Shown here in pieces: positions 18,150 through 28,463 of a stretch of 64,000 nt of DNA (its first letter is position 1; each line of letters starts with the position of its first letter). Made by a program: the position numbers and the translations under genes. Below the pieces are notes generated by a model. It was not told the DNA's origin. It did no database searches and worked only from the letters and a program-made list of their open reading frames with translations. Source of the stretch: Truepera sp. (GTDB lineage Bacteria; Deinococcota; Deinococci; Deinococcales; Trueperaceae); NCBI GenBank assembly GCA_965218435.1, contig CBDCKW010000009.1:256001-320000 (forward strand), given 5' to 3'.

Positions 18150-19070
18150 ATGCCAAAAGCAGTCAGATTCGACCATTACGGTGGCATTGACGTTTTGTAC
18201 ATTGCTGAGGTTGAGCGTCCAAACCCCGGCTCCGGGCAGGTGCTCGTCAAGGTGAAGGCCGCTGGCATCAACCCGGGTGAGGCAGCTATCCGCGAAGGTG
18301 CATTTGAAGAGATGTCACCTGCAACGTTTCCGTCTGGGCAGGGCAGCGACCTCGCCGGGGTCGTGGAGGAACTCGGTGAAGGTGTGAATAACGTTGCAGT
18401 AGGCGACGAGGTGATCGGGTTTGTCAATACACGCTCGAGCCAAGCCGAATTTGTCGTCGTCGAGGCTGAAAACCTCACCCCTCGCCCGAGCAACGTCGCT
18501 TGGGAGGTGGCCGGGGCGCTGCCTATCGTTGGGGCGACGGCGTATGCCGCGGTGCGGGCCGTGTCAGCCGGTGCAGGAGATACGGTCATCGTCTCCGCAG
18601 CAGCGGGCGGCGTCGGTTCACTGGCGGTGCAGCTGGCCAAAAACGCAGGCGCGAAGGTGATCGGGCTGGCGAGCGAAAGCAATCATAGCTGGCTCAGAGA
18701 CCACGGCGTCATTCCTATCACTTACGGCGACGGTCAAGAAGCGCGGATTCAGGAGGCGTCTGACGGAAAGGTAGACGCCTTTATCGACACCTTCGGTTCC
18801 GGTTACGTTGAGTTGGCCTTAAAACTCGGGGTTCAGCCTGAACGGATCGACACGATTATCGACTTTGAGGCAGCCAAAAAGCACGGCGTCAAAGCGGAGG
18901 GGTCCACGGAGGCCCTGCACGCCGACGTACTCGCTGAGCTGGTGGGGATGATTAGCGACGGGAAGCTCGAGCTTCCCGTCGCCCGCGTCTATCCGCTAGC
19001 TGAAGTTCAAGACGCCTACCGCGAACTCGAACAGCGCCACACCAGAGGCAAAATTGTCCTCGAGCCTTAG
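18150..19070 (+). CDS. NADP-dependent quinone oxidoreductase (MDR superfamily)
   Basis: VKVKAAGINPGE, SAAAGGVGSLAVQLAK, HTRGKIVL. Confidence 0.9.
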   Translation: MPKAVRFDHYGGIDVLYIAEVERPNPGSGQVLVKVKAAGINPGEAAIREGAFEEMSPATFPSGQGSDLAGVVEELGEGVNNVAVGDEVIGFVNTRSSQAEFVVVEAENLTPRPSNVAWEVAGALPIVGATAYAAVRAVSAGAGDTVIVSAAAGGVGSLAVQLAKNAGAKVIGLASESNHSWLRDHGVIPITYGDGQEARIQEASDGKVDAFIDTFGSGYVELALKLGVQPERIDTIIDFEAAKKHGVKAEGSTEALHADVLAELVGMISDGKLELPVARVYPLAEVQDAYRELEQRHTRGKIVLEP

Positions 19071-19094
19071 TAAAGGGATTCAAGGGAGCTTTAT

Positions 19095-20501
19095 ATGACC
19101 CGAGAAAACACATCTGCAGTTGATGAAGCAGCACTTTCTACGCTTACCGCTTCTTTAGACGGTAGGGTCATTGCACCGGGAGACCCGGACTACGATTCGT
19201 TGCGCACGCCCTGGCTCGAGGTGCTCGAGCAGCGCCCGACTATCATCGTTGAAGCAGCCTCAGCAGATGATGTCAGTGCCGCCGTTAGCTTCGCGCGTGC
19301 TCAGGGCTTACCGCTCGGCGTGATGGCGACCGGGCACGGTATCGCCGCTGCCTGCAACGACGGCCTGCTGATCAACTTATCGAAGATGACCGAGATGACG
19401 CTCAACTTAGAGACTAACGTTGTTACCGTCGGCCCAGGCGTCGATTCTGGGATGCTCCTAGCGAAGACGGAGCCGCACGGCTTGGTCTATCCGACGGGCC
19501 AAGTGAGTAGCGTCGGCGTGATCGGCTACACGCTCGGCGGCGGCATGGGCTGGCTTGTCCGCAAGCTCAGCGCGGCGGCGGGTACGGTTCGTCGCGCTAC
19601 TGTCGTGCTGGCGGACGGCTCACTGGTTCACGCAAGCACAGACGAGAACTTGGATTTGTTCTGGGCGCTGCGTGGGGGCGGCGGTAATTTCGGCGTGGTG
19701 GTAGCACTCGACTTGGCACTTTCCCCGGTCAAAGAGGTTGTCGGTGGCGAAATCTACTACCCGCTAGCCCGCGCTGGCGAGATTCTCCGTGCCTACCGCG
19801 ACTGGTCGTCGGGATTGTCTGACGAGACGAGTACCATCTTGCGACTTCTGGCTCCGCCGCCTGGTCAAAATGTGCCCGCTGCGCTGAAAGGCAAAAAGAC
19901 CTGCATGATCGGTTTGTGCCACGCTGATCCGCAGACCGCTGATGCGGTGCTGCAGCCCCTCAATAGTTTTGGCGAGCCCTTATTGCGAAACGTCAAGCGC
20001 CGGACGATTTCCGACATGGCGCAGCTCGACCCTGCCTCTCACTTGTCGGCTTCCCCGACCTACAGCGGCGTCGAGTTTCTCGAGGCACTTTCAGACGAGG
20101 TCATCGATCAACTGGTCGCTGTAGCGAACACGATGATCCCACCGCTCATGCAGCTCGAGGTTCAACAGCTCGGCGGGGCGCTCTTACGGTGGGGCGCTGA
20201 GGACGGGGCCTTTCACGCGTCAACCGCACCTTACTTACTCCACTTGGTCTCGCCAGCGACCCTCAAGACGTCTATGGACGAACTGGCTAAAGTTACAAGA
20301 CAAGCCTTCGACACGGTGGGCGACGTTTTTACCGGAGAAGCGTATTATAACTTTCTTCGTTGGAACGAGAAAGAGCGCGTTCCCCAAGCGTTTGGTGAGG
20401 CTGAGTTCCAGCGGTTGGGTGAAATAAAAGCTCGTTACGACCCGGACAATGTATTTAGCCTTAACTTGAACATTGCGCCGACGAGCTCGGGTAACGGCTG
20501 A
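19095..20501 (+). CDS. FAD-binding oxidoreductase (berberine-bridge-like)
   Basis: ATGHG, GYTLGGGMGWL, LFWALRGGGGNFGVV, KARYDPDNVF. Confidence 0.9.
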   Translation: MTRENTSAVDEAALSTLTASLDGRVIAPGDPDYDSLRTPWLEVLEQRPTIIVEAASADDVSAAVSFARAQGLPLGVMATGHGIAAACNDGLLINLSKMTEMTLNLETNVVTVGPGVDSGMLLAKTEPHGLVYPTGQVSSVGVIGYTLGGGMGWLVRKLSAAAGTVRRATVVLADGSLVHASTDENLDLFWALRGGGGNFGVVVALDLALSPVKEVVGGEIYYPLARAGEILRAYRDWSSGLSDETSTILRLLAPPPGQNVPAALKGKKTCMIGLCHADPQTADAVLQPLNSFGEPLLRNVKRRTISDMAQLDPASHLSASPTYSGVEFLEALSDEVIDQLVAVANTMIPPLMQLEVQQLGGALLRWGAEDGAFHASTAPYLLHLVSPATLKTSMDELAKVTRQAFDTVGDVFTGEAYYNFLRWNEKERVPQAFGEAEFQRLGEIKARYDPDNVFSLNLNIAPTSSGNG

Positions 20502-20635
20502 TTAAGGAGTGGTCATAAGACCAAAATGCTTTGAGGTGCTACCACCCCACAGGTTTAGCTACAGTCACGCCCTATTAGAAGTAGTCCAACAACTCTAAGT
20601 TGAGCGAACTCGAGTCGTTGACGGCTAAACCGACG

Positions 20636-21373
20636 CTAATCTACGCTGCCGACATAAACCGTGTCACCAGATTTTACGGCGGTGTCAGCAGCGGCGTCGG
20701 CAATCGCCTCAGCAAACGTTTCGGTGGTCGGTAGGTCACCGACTGCTTCACGCCGCGCTTCGATAAGGCCGGGGTTCGCCCGCTGCAAAAGCTTGGGTGT
20801 AATCGTTCCTTCGATGAGGTCGCCGCTGACCACCACAAGGTCAACGCCCTGTTCGCTCAGTACCGGGATACGCGCCCGCAATACCTGTTCACCTGCCAGT
20901 TTTCCTTCAGCGACGGGTTCGTAACCGGGTAGCACCGGCTTTTCTCCGTAAAAGTGTGCTAAATGGCTGGTCACAAAAATAATTCGACTTTCCCTCGGCA
21001 TCAGCGGCAGGGCGCACTCGGCAAGATTAACTTGAGCGTCCCTATTGAGGCGCATGGCGTAGTCGTCGGTTTGGTTTTTCTCGAGCCCCCCCGAAGCGTT
21101 GAGCACCAGAATGTCCAGCCCGCCCAGAGCAGAACCGGTCTCTTGCATCATGCGCGTGACATCCTCTTGAACGGTAATATCTGCTTGGACGAGCACCGCG
21201 CGGCGTCCCAGCTTTTCTATCTCTTTAGCTACGGCCTCGGCTCGAGGACGCTTGCTCCGGTAATTAAGTACGAGGTCTGCACCACGTCGCGCCATGATGA
21301 CGGCTAAAGCTGCGCCTACGCCGCGTGAAGCGCCCGTAATCAGAACCCTTTTGCCGGTTAGGTCGTGCTGCAT
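20636..21373 (-). CDS. Short-chain dehydrogenase/reductase
   Basis: TGASRGVG, LVLNASGGLE. Confidence 0.88.
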   Translation of the reverse strand: MQHDLTGKRVLITGASRGVGAALAVIMARRGADLVLNYRSKRPRAEAVAKEIEKLGRRAVLVQADITVQEDVTRMMQETGSALGGLDILVLNASGGLEKNQTDDYAMRLNRDAQVNLAECALPLMPRESRIIFVTSHLAHFYGEKPVLPGYEPVAEGKLAGEQVLRARIPVLSEQGVDLVVVSGDLIEGTITPKLLQRANPGLIEARREAVGDLPTTETFAEAIADAAADTAVKSGDTVYVGSVD

Positions 21374-21819
21374 TCGGCTACGGTAACATGGGGTCTACTA
21401 ACTAAACCTTCACTGTCATGTGAAACTGCTCTATAACTCCAAAGGTTCCAAAAGTAATTGCTCGAGTCCGCTAATAGGTCTATACTTCACTTCGCCTATG
21501 CAGCGTCGTCGTGGCTGGTTAGCTCTAATTCAGACCGTACTGGCGCTGGTACTTGTATCCTTTATTAATCTCGTCATTTGTCTTCTCCAAAAAAGCCTAT
21601 TGACTTACCAGCGTCTTCCAGCCCTGCTAGCTGTATGGCGATAGGCACAGCAGCGGTGCTAACGTCCTTTATCGCTCGAGCCCTCCTCCAACCTGAGCAG
21701 CGTGCAGCGGATAAATATCACAAAAACTTGGTGGACGCTTGGCGGCGTGAGCGGTCTGCTGTCGGAACACAAAAGGGCGAGTCAAACGCTCGCCCTCACT
21801 AACTCTAAAGTTTGTCTTC

Positions 21820-22542
21820 TTAAGCGCGTCGCCAGAGCAGCTCTTTCTTAACATCTTCAATCGCCTGCGTAATCGGAATCCCGCGCGGACATGCCTCGGT
21901 GCAGTTGTACGCCGTGCGGCAACGCCAAAGCCCGTTCGCTTGACCCAGAACCTGCAAGCGGTCGGGGGTGCCTTCGTCGCGTGAGTCGAAGATAAAACGG
22001 TGCGCGTTGACAATCGCAGCTGGTCCTAGGTACGAGCCGTTCGTCCAAAACACTGGGCACGAAGTCGTACACGCGGCGCAGAGGATGCATTTGGTCGTCG
22101 CGTCAAAGATTTCGCGGTCCTCAACGCTCTGCAACCGTTCGCCGGTAGGGGCCGGTTCGTCGTTGATAAAGTACGGCAGTACCGCCTTATACGAGTCAAA
22201 AAACGGCTCCATATCGACGATCATGTCTTTGATGACTGTGAGACCGCGAATCGGCTCGACTTTGATGGTGTCACCGAGGTCGCGGACCAGAATCTTGCAC
22301 GCGAGCCGGTTGACGCCGTTGATCAGCATCGCGTCCGAGCCGCAGATGCCGTGGGCGCACGAGCGGCGGTACGACAAGGTGCCGTCGGTTTCCCACTTGA
22401 TCTGGTTGAGCACGTCCAACACGCGGTCGGTGCCGCGAGCCTTGAGCTTATATTCAGCCCAGTATGGGCGCTTGTCTTTTTCAGGGTTAAAGCGTTTGAT
22501 CTTGACGCTGATCTGTTTTTCTTGCATGGCGGGTTCAGCCAT
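21820..22542 (-). CDS. sdhB: Succinate dehydrogenase iron-sulfur subunit
   Basis: RRSCAHGICGSD, CILCAACTTSCP, CRTAYNCTEACP. Confidence 0.97.
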   Translation of the reverse strand: MAEPAMQEKQISVKIKRFNPEKDKRPYWAEYKLKARGTDRVLDVLNQIKWETDGTLSYRRSCAHGICGSDAMLINGVNRLACKILVRDLGDTIKVEPIRGLTVIKDMIVDMEPFFDSYKAVLPYFINDEPAPTGERLQSVEDREIFDATTKCILCAACTTSCPVFWTNGSYLGPAAIVNAHRFIFDSRDEGTPDRLQVLGQANGLWRCRTAYNCTEACPRGIPITQAIEDVKKELLWRRA

Positions 22543-22595
22543 ATCATCCTTTGCTTTGGTGTAGGCAGGTGTTTTAACGCCTGCCTACCGGGGGA

Positions 22596-24338
22596 TTAGT
22601 AGACGCGAGGCTTAGGTTCGTATTTACCCAGTGTGACGGGTTTGTAATCAATACAGACGCCGTCGCCGTCTTTATGAATCAAAGTGTGCTTGAGCCACTC
22701 GCCGTCGTCGCGTTCTTTGTAGTCTTCGCGCGAGTGTGCGCCGCGCGACTCTTTACGGTTGTGCGCCGCGTAGACTAAGGCTTCGGCGTTGTCGAGCAAA
22801 AAGCCTAACTCGAGCGCCTCCATCAGTTCAGTGTTGTACTGCTCGCCCTGGTCATCCACGCCGATCTCTTTATACCGCGCTTTAAGGTTTTTGACGATTT
22901 CAATTTGCCTCGAGAGCGTCTCATCGGTGCGGAAAACCGAGGCGTTGTCTTGCATCGTCTCTTGTAGGTCTTTGCGGATGTGCGAGACACGCTCCTTGCC
23001 AGGGCCGTTCAAGGCTTTGTCGAGCAAGTTGCGGGTAAAGTCTTGCGGCTGTTCGGGCAATTCATTGTAAGACGCCTCGGCCGCGTACTTCGCCGCGTAG
23101 ATTCCGGCTCGCCGTCCGAACACAATCAGGTCGCCCAGACTATTCGTCCCTAGGCGGTTGGCACCGTGCAAGGACGCGCACGCAACTTCGCCCGCCGCGT
23201 ACAGACCGGGGATAATGCTGTTGTCGGCTGCGCCGATGACTTCGGTGTGAATCGTCGTGGGGATGCCGCCCATCGCGTAGTGTGCGGTCGGTTGCATCGG
23301 CACAGGTTCTTTGATGGGATCAACGCCTAAATAGATTCGAGCAAACTCGGTAATGTCTGGTAGGCGCTCCTCGATTATATGTGCGTCGATGTGGGTGAGG
23401 TCTAGGAGGATGTAGTCAGCGTCCGGCCCGGCCCCACGTCCCTCACGGATCTCCATGTACATGGCGCGGCTCACCACATCGCGGGGGGCTAAGTCTTTAA
23501 TACTGGGCGCGTAACGCTCCATGAAGCGCTCACCGTCTTTATTGCGGAGGATGCCGCCCTCGCCGCGTGCCCCTTCGGTCAGAAGTATCCCGAGCTTGTA
23601 GAGCCCGGTCGGGTGAAACTGATAGAACTCGGGGTCTTCTAACGGCACGCCGCGGCGGTACACCACGCTCATCAGGTCGCCGGTCAGCGCGTGCGCGTTC
23701 GAGGTGACTTTGAACATCCGGCCGTTACCGCCTGAAGCCAAAATCGTAGACTTCGCCTGAAAGGTGTGCAGCTCGCCCGTAGCGAGTTCATACGCGACCA
23801 CGCCACCACACTCGCCGTTTTTGATGATGATGTCCAACACGTGAAACTCGTTAAAAAAGGTCACATTATTTTTGATGGACTGTTGATACAACGTTTGCAA
23901 GATCATGTGGCCGGTGCGGTCGGCAGCGTAACAGGCGCGTTCAACGGCGGACTTGCCGAATTCGCGGGTGTGACCGCCGAATTTACGTTGCGCGATCTTA
24001 CCTTCGGGCGTGCGGGAAAAGGGGAGACCCATGTGCTCGAGTTCGTACACCGCTTCAATAACCTCGTGGGCAAACATTTCCGCGACATCTTGATCGGTCA
24101 GGTAATCGCCACCCTTGATGGTGTCAAAAGCGTGCCACTCCGCGTGGTCTTCCGAAACGTTCCCCAAAGCTGCGCCGACGCCCCCTTGCGCTGCGCCGGT
24201 ATGCGAGCGCGTCGGGTAGAGTTTGCTGACTACCGCGACCGATACGCCCGGGTGCTGCGCCGCGTAGCGAGCGGCCATCAGTCCGGCACCGCCCGCGCCG
24301 ACGACGAGTACATCGAATTTATGAAGCTGCGACATCAT
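22596..24338 (-). CDS. sdhA: Succinate dehydrogenase flavoprotein
   Basis: GAGGAG, PTRSHTGAAQGG, QFHPTG, HGANRLG, ESRGAH. Confidence 0.97.
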   Translation of the reverse strand: MMSQLHKFDVLVVGAGGAGLMAARYAAQHPGVSVAVVSKLYPTRSHTGAAQGGVGAALGNVSEDHAEWHAFDTIKGGDYLTDQDVAEMFAHEVIEAVYELEHMGLPFSRTPEGKIAQRKFGGHTREFGKSAVERACYAADRTGHMILQTLYQQSIKNNVTFFNEFHVLDIIIKNGECGGVVAYELATGELHTFQAKSTILASGGNGRMFKVTSNAHALTGDLMSVVYRRGVPLEDPEFYQFHPTGLYKLGILLTEGARGEGGILRNKDGERFMERYAPSIKDLAPRDVVSRAMYMEIREGRGAGPDADYILLDLTHIDAHIIEERLPDITEFARIYLGVDPIKEPVPMQPTAHYAMGGIPTTIHTEVIGAADNSIIPGLYAAGEVACASLHGANRLGTNSLGDLIVFGRRAGIYAAKYAAEASYNELPEQPQDFTRNLLDKALNGPGKERVSHIRKDLQETMQDNASVFRTDETLSRQIEIVKNLKARYKEIGVDDQGEQYNTELMEALELGFLLDNAEALVYAAHNRKESRGAHSREDYKERDDGEWLKHTLIHKDGDGVCIDYKPVTLGKYEPKPRVY

Positions 24339-24352
24339 CCTCCCTCATTAAC

Positions 24353-24769
24353 CTAAAGCGCACGAACCGCGTCGCCCATCTCTTTATAGGTGAATGTCCA
24401 CAAGGTCATTACGCCCAAAACGAGCATGACCCCGGCGACGAAGTAGAGCAAAATCTTCGTCCAAAACCGTCGTCCCGGACGCCGCACATAGTCTTCGATG
24501 CTGTAACGTAGACCGTTTACGCCGTGCAGCATGGCAAACCCGAGTAAGAAAGAATCGTAAACTTTGACCCAAGACTGTGAAAAACGGTTGGCGACGTAGT
24601 CGTAGTCGATATGTCCGGCGTTAAAGGCGATGTTGTTGAAAAACACGTGGCCGAAGACCAAAAAGATCAAGACCAAGCCCGACACGCGCATAAAGACCCA
24701 CCACGCGAGTTCGCCGTTGGTGCTATAGGTTGCTTTCGCCTCGCGCAGAGTACGTGGTTTAACAGCCAT
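24353..24769 (-). CDS. sdhD: Succinate dehydrogenase membrane anchor
   Basis: WWVFMRVSG..GH..HGVNGLRYSIEDY; operon position. Confidence 0.9.
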   Translation of the reverse strand: MAVKPRTLREAKATYSTNGELAWWVFMRVSGLVLIFLVFGHVFFNNIAFNAGHIDYDYVANRFSQSWVKVYDSFLLGFAMLHGVNGLRYSIEDYVRRPGRRFWTKILLYFVAGVMLVLGVMTLWTFTYKEMGDAVRAL

Positions 24770-24771
24770 GT

Positions 24772-25140
24772 TTAACCGCCATGTCCGGCTCCAAAGATTT
24801 CCGGCACAACCTTGAGCAGGACCGGAATCCCAATCAGCGTCGTCGCGCCTAATACGCCGTACCAGAGCTGCCGGTGATACTTCGTGCCCCAACTGGTCAG
24901 GTCCATCAAGATGATGCGGAGCCCGTTAAACGCGTGATAGACCACCGCTGCCATAATTAAAATCAGGCCGATACGAAAGGGCCACTGGTGATAAAACGCC
25001 AGAAACGCGTTAAAGGGACCCTTAGGGCCGTACATCACCAAACTGATGTCGAGTACGTGCAGCATCAGGTAGAGCGCGAGCGCCACCCCTGAGAGGCGGT
25101 GCAGCACAAACGCCCACTGCCCTTCTCTTCCTCGGTACAT
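24772..25140 (-). CDS. sdhC: Succinate dehydrogenase cytochrome b556 subunit
   Basis: MYRGREGQWAFVLHRLSG..YHAFNGLRIILMD. Confidence 0.93.
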   Translation of the reverse strand: MYRGREGQWAFVLHRLSGVALALYLMLHVLDISLVMYGPKGPFNAFLAFYHQWPFRIGLILIMAAVVYHAFNGLRIILMDLTSWGTKYHRQLWYGVLGATTLIGIPVLLKVVPEIFGAGHGG

Positions 25141-25413
25141 AAATCCTCCGCTAATGTAGTTTAGACCTGCCTCGTGCCACAGGGCTCAAACCGTGAATTT
25201 CAAACACTTACAGTTTATCATGCAGCCCCAAAAGAGCTGGTAACCGAAGGCAGGTTTTGGCGGTTACTCGGTGCTTCGGCTGACGCTCGTCCGGGGCTCG
25301 AGCGGACAGGCTGACGACACGCCGCTATCAGCCGAACGCTCACATTCTCCCTGCCCTCAAAATAGCTAGAATAGCCTTATGACAAAACTACGCATGACTG
25401 GAAAGGTGAATAG

Positions 25414-26913
25414 ATGAAAGCACCCCGAGTCGTAGTAACGCTGCTTATGGGCCTGGTGCTGGGTCAGGTTTACGCGCAAAACGAACTAACTCAGAACATT
25501 CACAAGTACACCCTCAAGAATGGCCTCCGCGTCATTATGGTGGTACAAGACTTTGCGCCGGTGATCAACTTTAATTTGATGTTTAACGTCGGCGGCGTTG
25601 ATGAACCCCCCGGTCTCGGCGGCGTCGCGCACATGGTCGAGCACATGGCGTTTAAGGGTACACGTTCGATCGGGTCATATGACATCAAAGCTGAACAAGC
25701 GGCCTTAGAAGAACTCGAGCTTGCAGCCAACACGCTGATCGTCGCCCGTGAAGCGGGCGCGACCGGCAAAACTTTAGAAAGTTTTCAGCAAAAACTGGCG
25801 GACGCTCAGGCGAAAGCGCAAGCTTTAGCGAGTCCGAACGCGCTCGACACGCTTTTTACCGATAACGGAGCCGAAGGGCTCAACGCGAGTACGGCGTATG
25901 ACCGGACCTCGTACGTGGTGTCGCTCCCGGCCAATCGGCTCGAGCTCTACGCCCGCGTCTACGCCGACGTACTGATGAACGCTGTTTTTCGGTCGTTTTA
26001 CGAAGAGCGTGATGTGGTGCGTGAGGAGCGCCGTCAACGCTCGGAAGACTCACCCGATGGGGTGCTGAGCGAAGCGTTTCTCGCTAAAGCGTTCCAAAAA
26101 AGCCGTTACGGTCGCCCGCTGATCGGCTCCGCTGCCGAGATTGCGGACTACACCGAGACGGCTGCGAAGAGCATCTTCGAGACCTTTTACTATCCGAACC
26201 GAGCCGTGCTCGTGCTGGTCGGTGACCTCAAACCGGGGCGCGACCTCAAGGTGATCCGCAAATACTTCGGCGTCGTCCCGAAAGGGCCGGACGTCGCAGC
26301 CGAGCTGCCGGTCGAGCCCAAGCAAACCGCTGAGCGCCGCGTCACCGTGCCTTACGCCGCGGGACCGCAGCTGCTTGTGGGCTACCACAAACTGACCTAC
26401 CCAAACCGTGACGCCTACGTCATGGACGTGCTCGACTATATCTTGGGGCATGGGCGCACAAGCAGGCTCTACCGCGACCTCGTGACGAAGCAGCAACTGG
26501 CCGTCAGTGTGGATACCAGCTCCTCCACACCCGGAACGCGTTACCCGAACCTGTTTACCATCAGTCTCGTGCCGCGAGCGCCGCACACCTCACAAGAACT
26601 CGAGACTGCCCTTTACAAAGAGCTCGCCAAGGTCGGCAAGTCGGGCGTAACCCCCGCTGAACTCAAAAGGGCCAAAACGCTGCTCCGCGCCGACGTGTTG
26701 CGCAGCCTCGCGTCGGGCGAGAGTCTGGCGGCGAATCTGGCCTATAACGAACTCTTTTCCGGCGGCTGGCAAAAACTTTTTGATGACCTGGATACCTACG
26801 ACACCGTAACCGCAGCCGAGCTGCAAAACGCTGTCAACCGCACGTTTACGAAGCAAAACCGGACGGTAGCGACACTCGTCACGAAAGCGACGACCTCGCA
26901 GGAGGGGCAATAA
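25414..26913 (+). CDS. Secreted M16 zinc peptidase, catalytic subunit
   Basis: Signal peptide; HMVEH (HxxEH) motif; NASTAYDRTSY. Confidence 0.9.
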   Translation: MKAPRVVVTLLMGLVLGQVYAQNELTQNIHKYTLKNGLRVIMVVQDFAPVINFNLMFNVGGVDEPPGLGGVAHMVEHMAFKGTRSIGSYDIKAEQAALEELELAANTLIVAREAGATGKTLESFQQKLADAQAKAQALASPNALDTLFTDNGAEGLNASTAYDRTSYVVSLPANRLELYARVYADVLMNAVFRSFYEERDVVREERRQRSEDSPDGVLSEAFLAKAFQKSRYGRPLIGSAAEIADYTETAAKSIFETFYYPNRAVLVLVGDLKPGRDLKVIRKYFGVVPKGPDVAAELPVEPKQTAERRVTVPYAAGPQLLVGYHKLTYPNRDAYVMDVLDYILGHGRTSRLYRDLVTKQQLAVSVDTSSSTPGTRYPNLFTISLVPRAPHTSQELETALYKELAKVGKSGVTPAELKRAKTLLRADVLRSLASGESLAANLAYNELFSGGWQKLFDDLDTYDTVTAAELQNAVNRTFTKQNRTVATLVTKATTSQEGQ

Positions 26914-28400
26914 TGGGTTTGATCCAGCGGTTTACGTTTACCCTTTTAGCTTTGACGCTTGTCGGCGGAGTTTTCGCACAAGCGCAGGCTCCCGCTACGC
27001 AGGCTACCGCGCAGGTCAACCTCGAGACCGGCGTTCCCGAAAGCTGGCCCGACCCGGCCAACCTCAAATTTGACGCGGTGACGTTCAAAAGTCCCAAGCC
27101 GCAGCGGACGGTGCTCTCGAACGGTCTGGTGGTCTATCTGTTAGAAGACCACACGTTGCCGCTCGTCAACGGAGCAGCGTTTGTTAAAACGGGAAGTTTC
27201 TACGATCCCAAAGCGAAAATCTCGCTCGCCGAGCTGACCGCCGACCTGATGCGTTCGGGGGGCTCGGCGGGGCGGAGCGCCGACGAGATTGACAACCGCC
27301 TCGAGACCCTCGCGGCGTCCGTCGAAGTCTCAGCCGCCGACCTCTACACCACGGCGAGCTTTTCGGCGCTGACTGAAAACGTCACCGAAGTTTTAGACAT
27401 TTTCGCTGGGGTGTTGGAGAAACCCACCTTTGCGCCTGAACGTATCAAATTGGCCAAAGGAAGTGCGCTCGAGGGCATCCGCCGTGAAAACGACGATCCG
27501 GTTCAAATCGCCGTACGCGAGTTTTTCAGACGTCTCGCGCAGGGGTCGCCCGCTGGGTATGTACCCACAGCAAAAACCGTCAACGCGGTGTCTCGAGCCG
27601 ATATGGTGGCGTTTCATAAGCGTTACTTCAAACCCAACGAAACGGTGTTAGCGGTTAGCGGCGACTTTAGGCGTCAAGAGATGGTGGCGGCGCTCGAGCA
27701 GGCCCTCGGCAGTTGGCGGCGTGGCCCGGTCAGCTATCCTAAGTTGCCCCGTTACAATCCCAATCCGGCTCCGAAAATCTATCACGCCCAAAAAGATGTC
27801 GGGCAGAGCATCATCATTATGGGTCATCCGAGCGCCTACGCATACACACCCGAATACAACCGGCTCGACGTGGCGAACGCCGTACTTGGCGGCGGCGGCT
27901 TTAGCAGTCGGCTTTTTACCGAAGTTCGGACCAAGCGCGGGCTGGCGTACTCAGTCGGGAGTCAGATCAGCCAAGGGTTCGCCTATCCCGGCACCTTCTT
28001 AGTCTTTTCTTTTACCCGCACCGACGCTACGGGCCAGGTGATCGCGCTCCTCAAACAGCAGATGAAAGAGATGGCGGCCAAACCCGTATCAGCAGCAGAG
28101 CTGGCAGTGCAAAAAAGCAACATCTTAAACGGTGCGGTGTTCCGCTTTACCTCGCCGGACGCGATTGTGCAGCGCACAGCGCGAGCAGTTGAGGTTTTGG
28201 GTTTACCCGCCGACTATTTCGACCGTTATATCCAAGACGTTCGGGCCATGACCCCGGCCAAGGTCGAGGCGGTCGCCCGCAAAGATTTTCGCCCGCAAGA
28301 CATGCTGCTGATGGTCGTCGGCGACGCAGCACAGTTTGACCGGCCGTTAAGTGATTTCGGCAAGGTCGAGGAGATCAAGCTCGCCTTACCTACACCCTAA
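26913..28400 (+). CDS. Secreted M16 peptidase, non-catalytic subunit
   Basis: Lacks HxxEH; LGGGGFSSRLFTEVRTKRGLAYSV; coupled to upstream gene. Confidence 0.88.
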   Translation: MGLIQRFTFTLLALTLVGGVFAQAQAPATQATAQVNLETGVPESWPDPANLKFDAVTFKSPKPQRTVLSNGLVVYLLEDHTLPLVNGAAFVKTGSFYDPKAKISLAELTADLMRSGGSAGRSADEIDNRLETLAASVEVSAADLYTTASFSALTENVTEVLDIFAGVLEKPTFAPERIKLAKGSALEGIRRENDDPVQIAVREFFRRLAQGSPAGYVPTAKTVNAVSRADMVAFHKRYFKPNETVLAVSGDFRRQEMVAALEQALGSWRRGPVSYPKLPRYNPNPAPKIYHAQKDVGQSIIIMGHPSAYAYTPEYNRLDVANAVLGGGGFSSRLFTEVRTKRGLAYSVGSQISQGFAYPGTFLVFSFTRTDATGQVIALLKQQMKEMAAKPVSAAELAVQKSNILNGAVFRFTSPDAIVQRTARAVEVLGLPADYFDRYIQDVRAMTPAKVEAVARKDFRPQDMLLMVVGDAAQFDRPLSDFGKVEEIKLALPTP

Positions 28401-28463
28401 CGTTCCAAAGCTTACCGGCTCGTCAGTACATTTTTCCTGACATGCTCGGCGTAAGCTTAGAGG

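Noticed and set aside
21420..21802. Two short overlapping hydrophobic ORFs, possibly a frameshifted membrane protein
   Set aside because: No recognisable motif or clear start signal; it cannot be supported without a homology search.
22559..22590. Hairpin GTAGGCAGG..CCTGCCTAC between sdhA and sdhB
   Set aside because: An ordinary single intercistronic stem-loop with no second copy seen.
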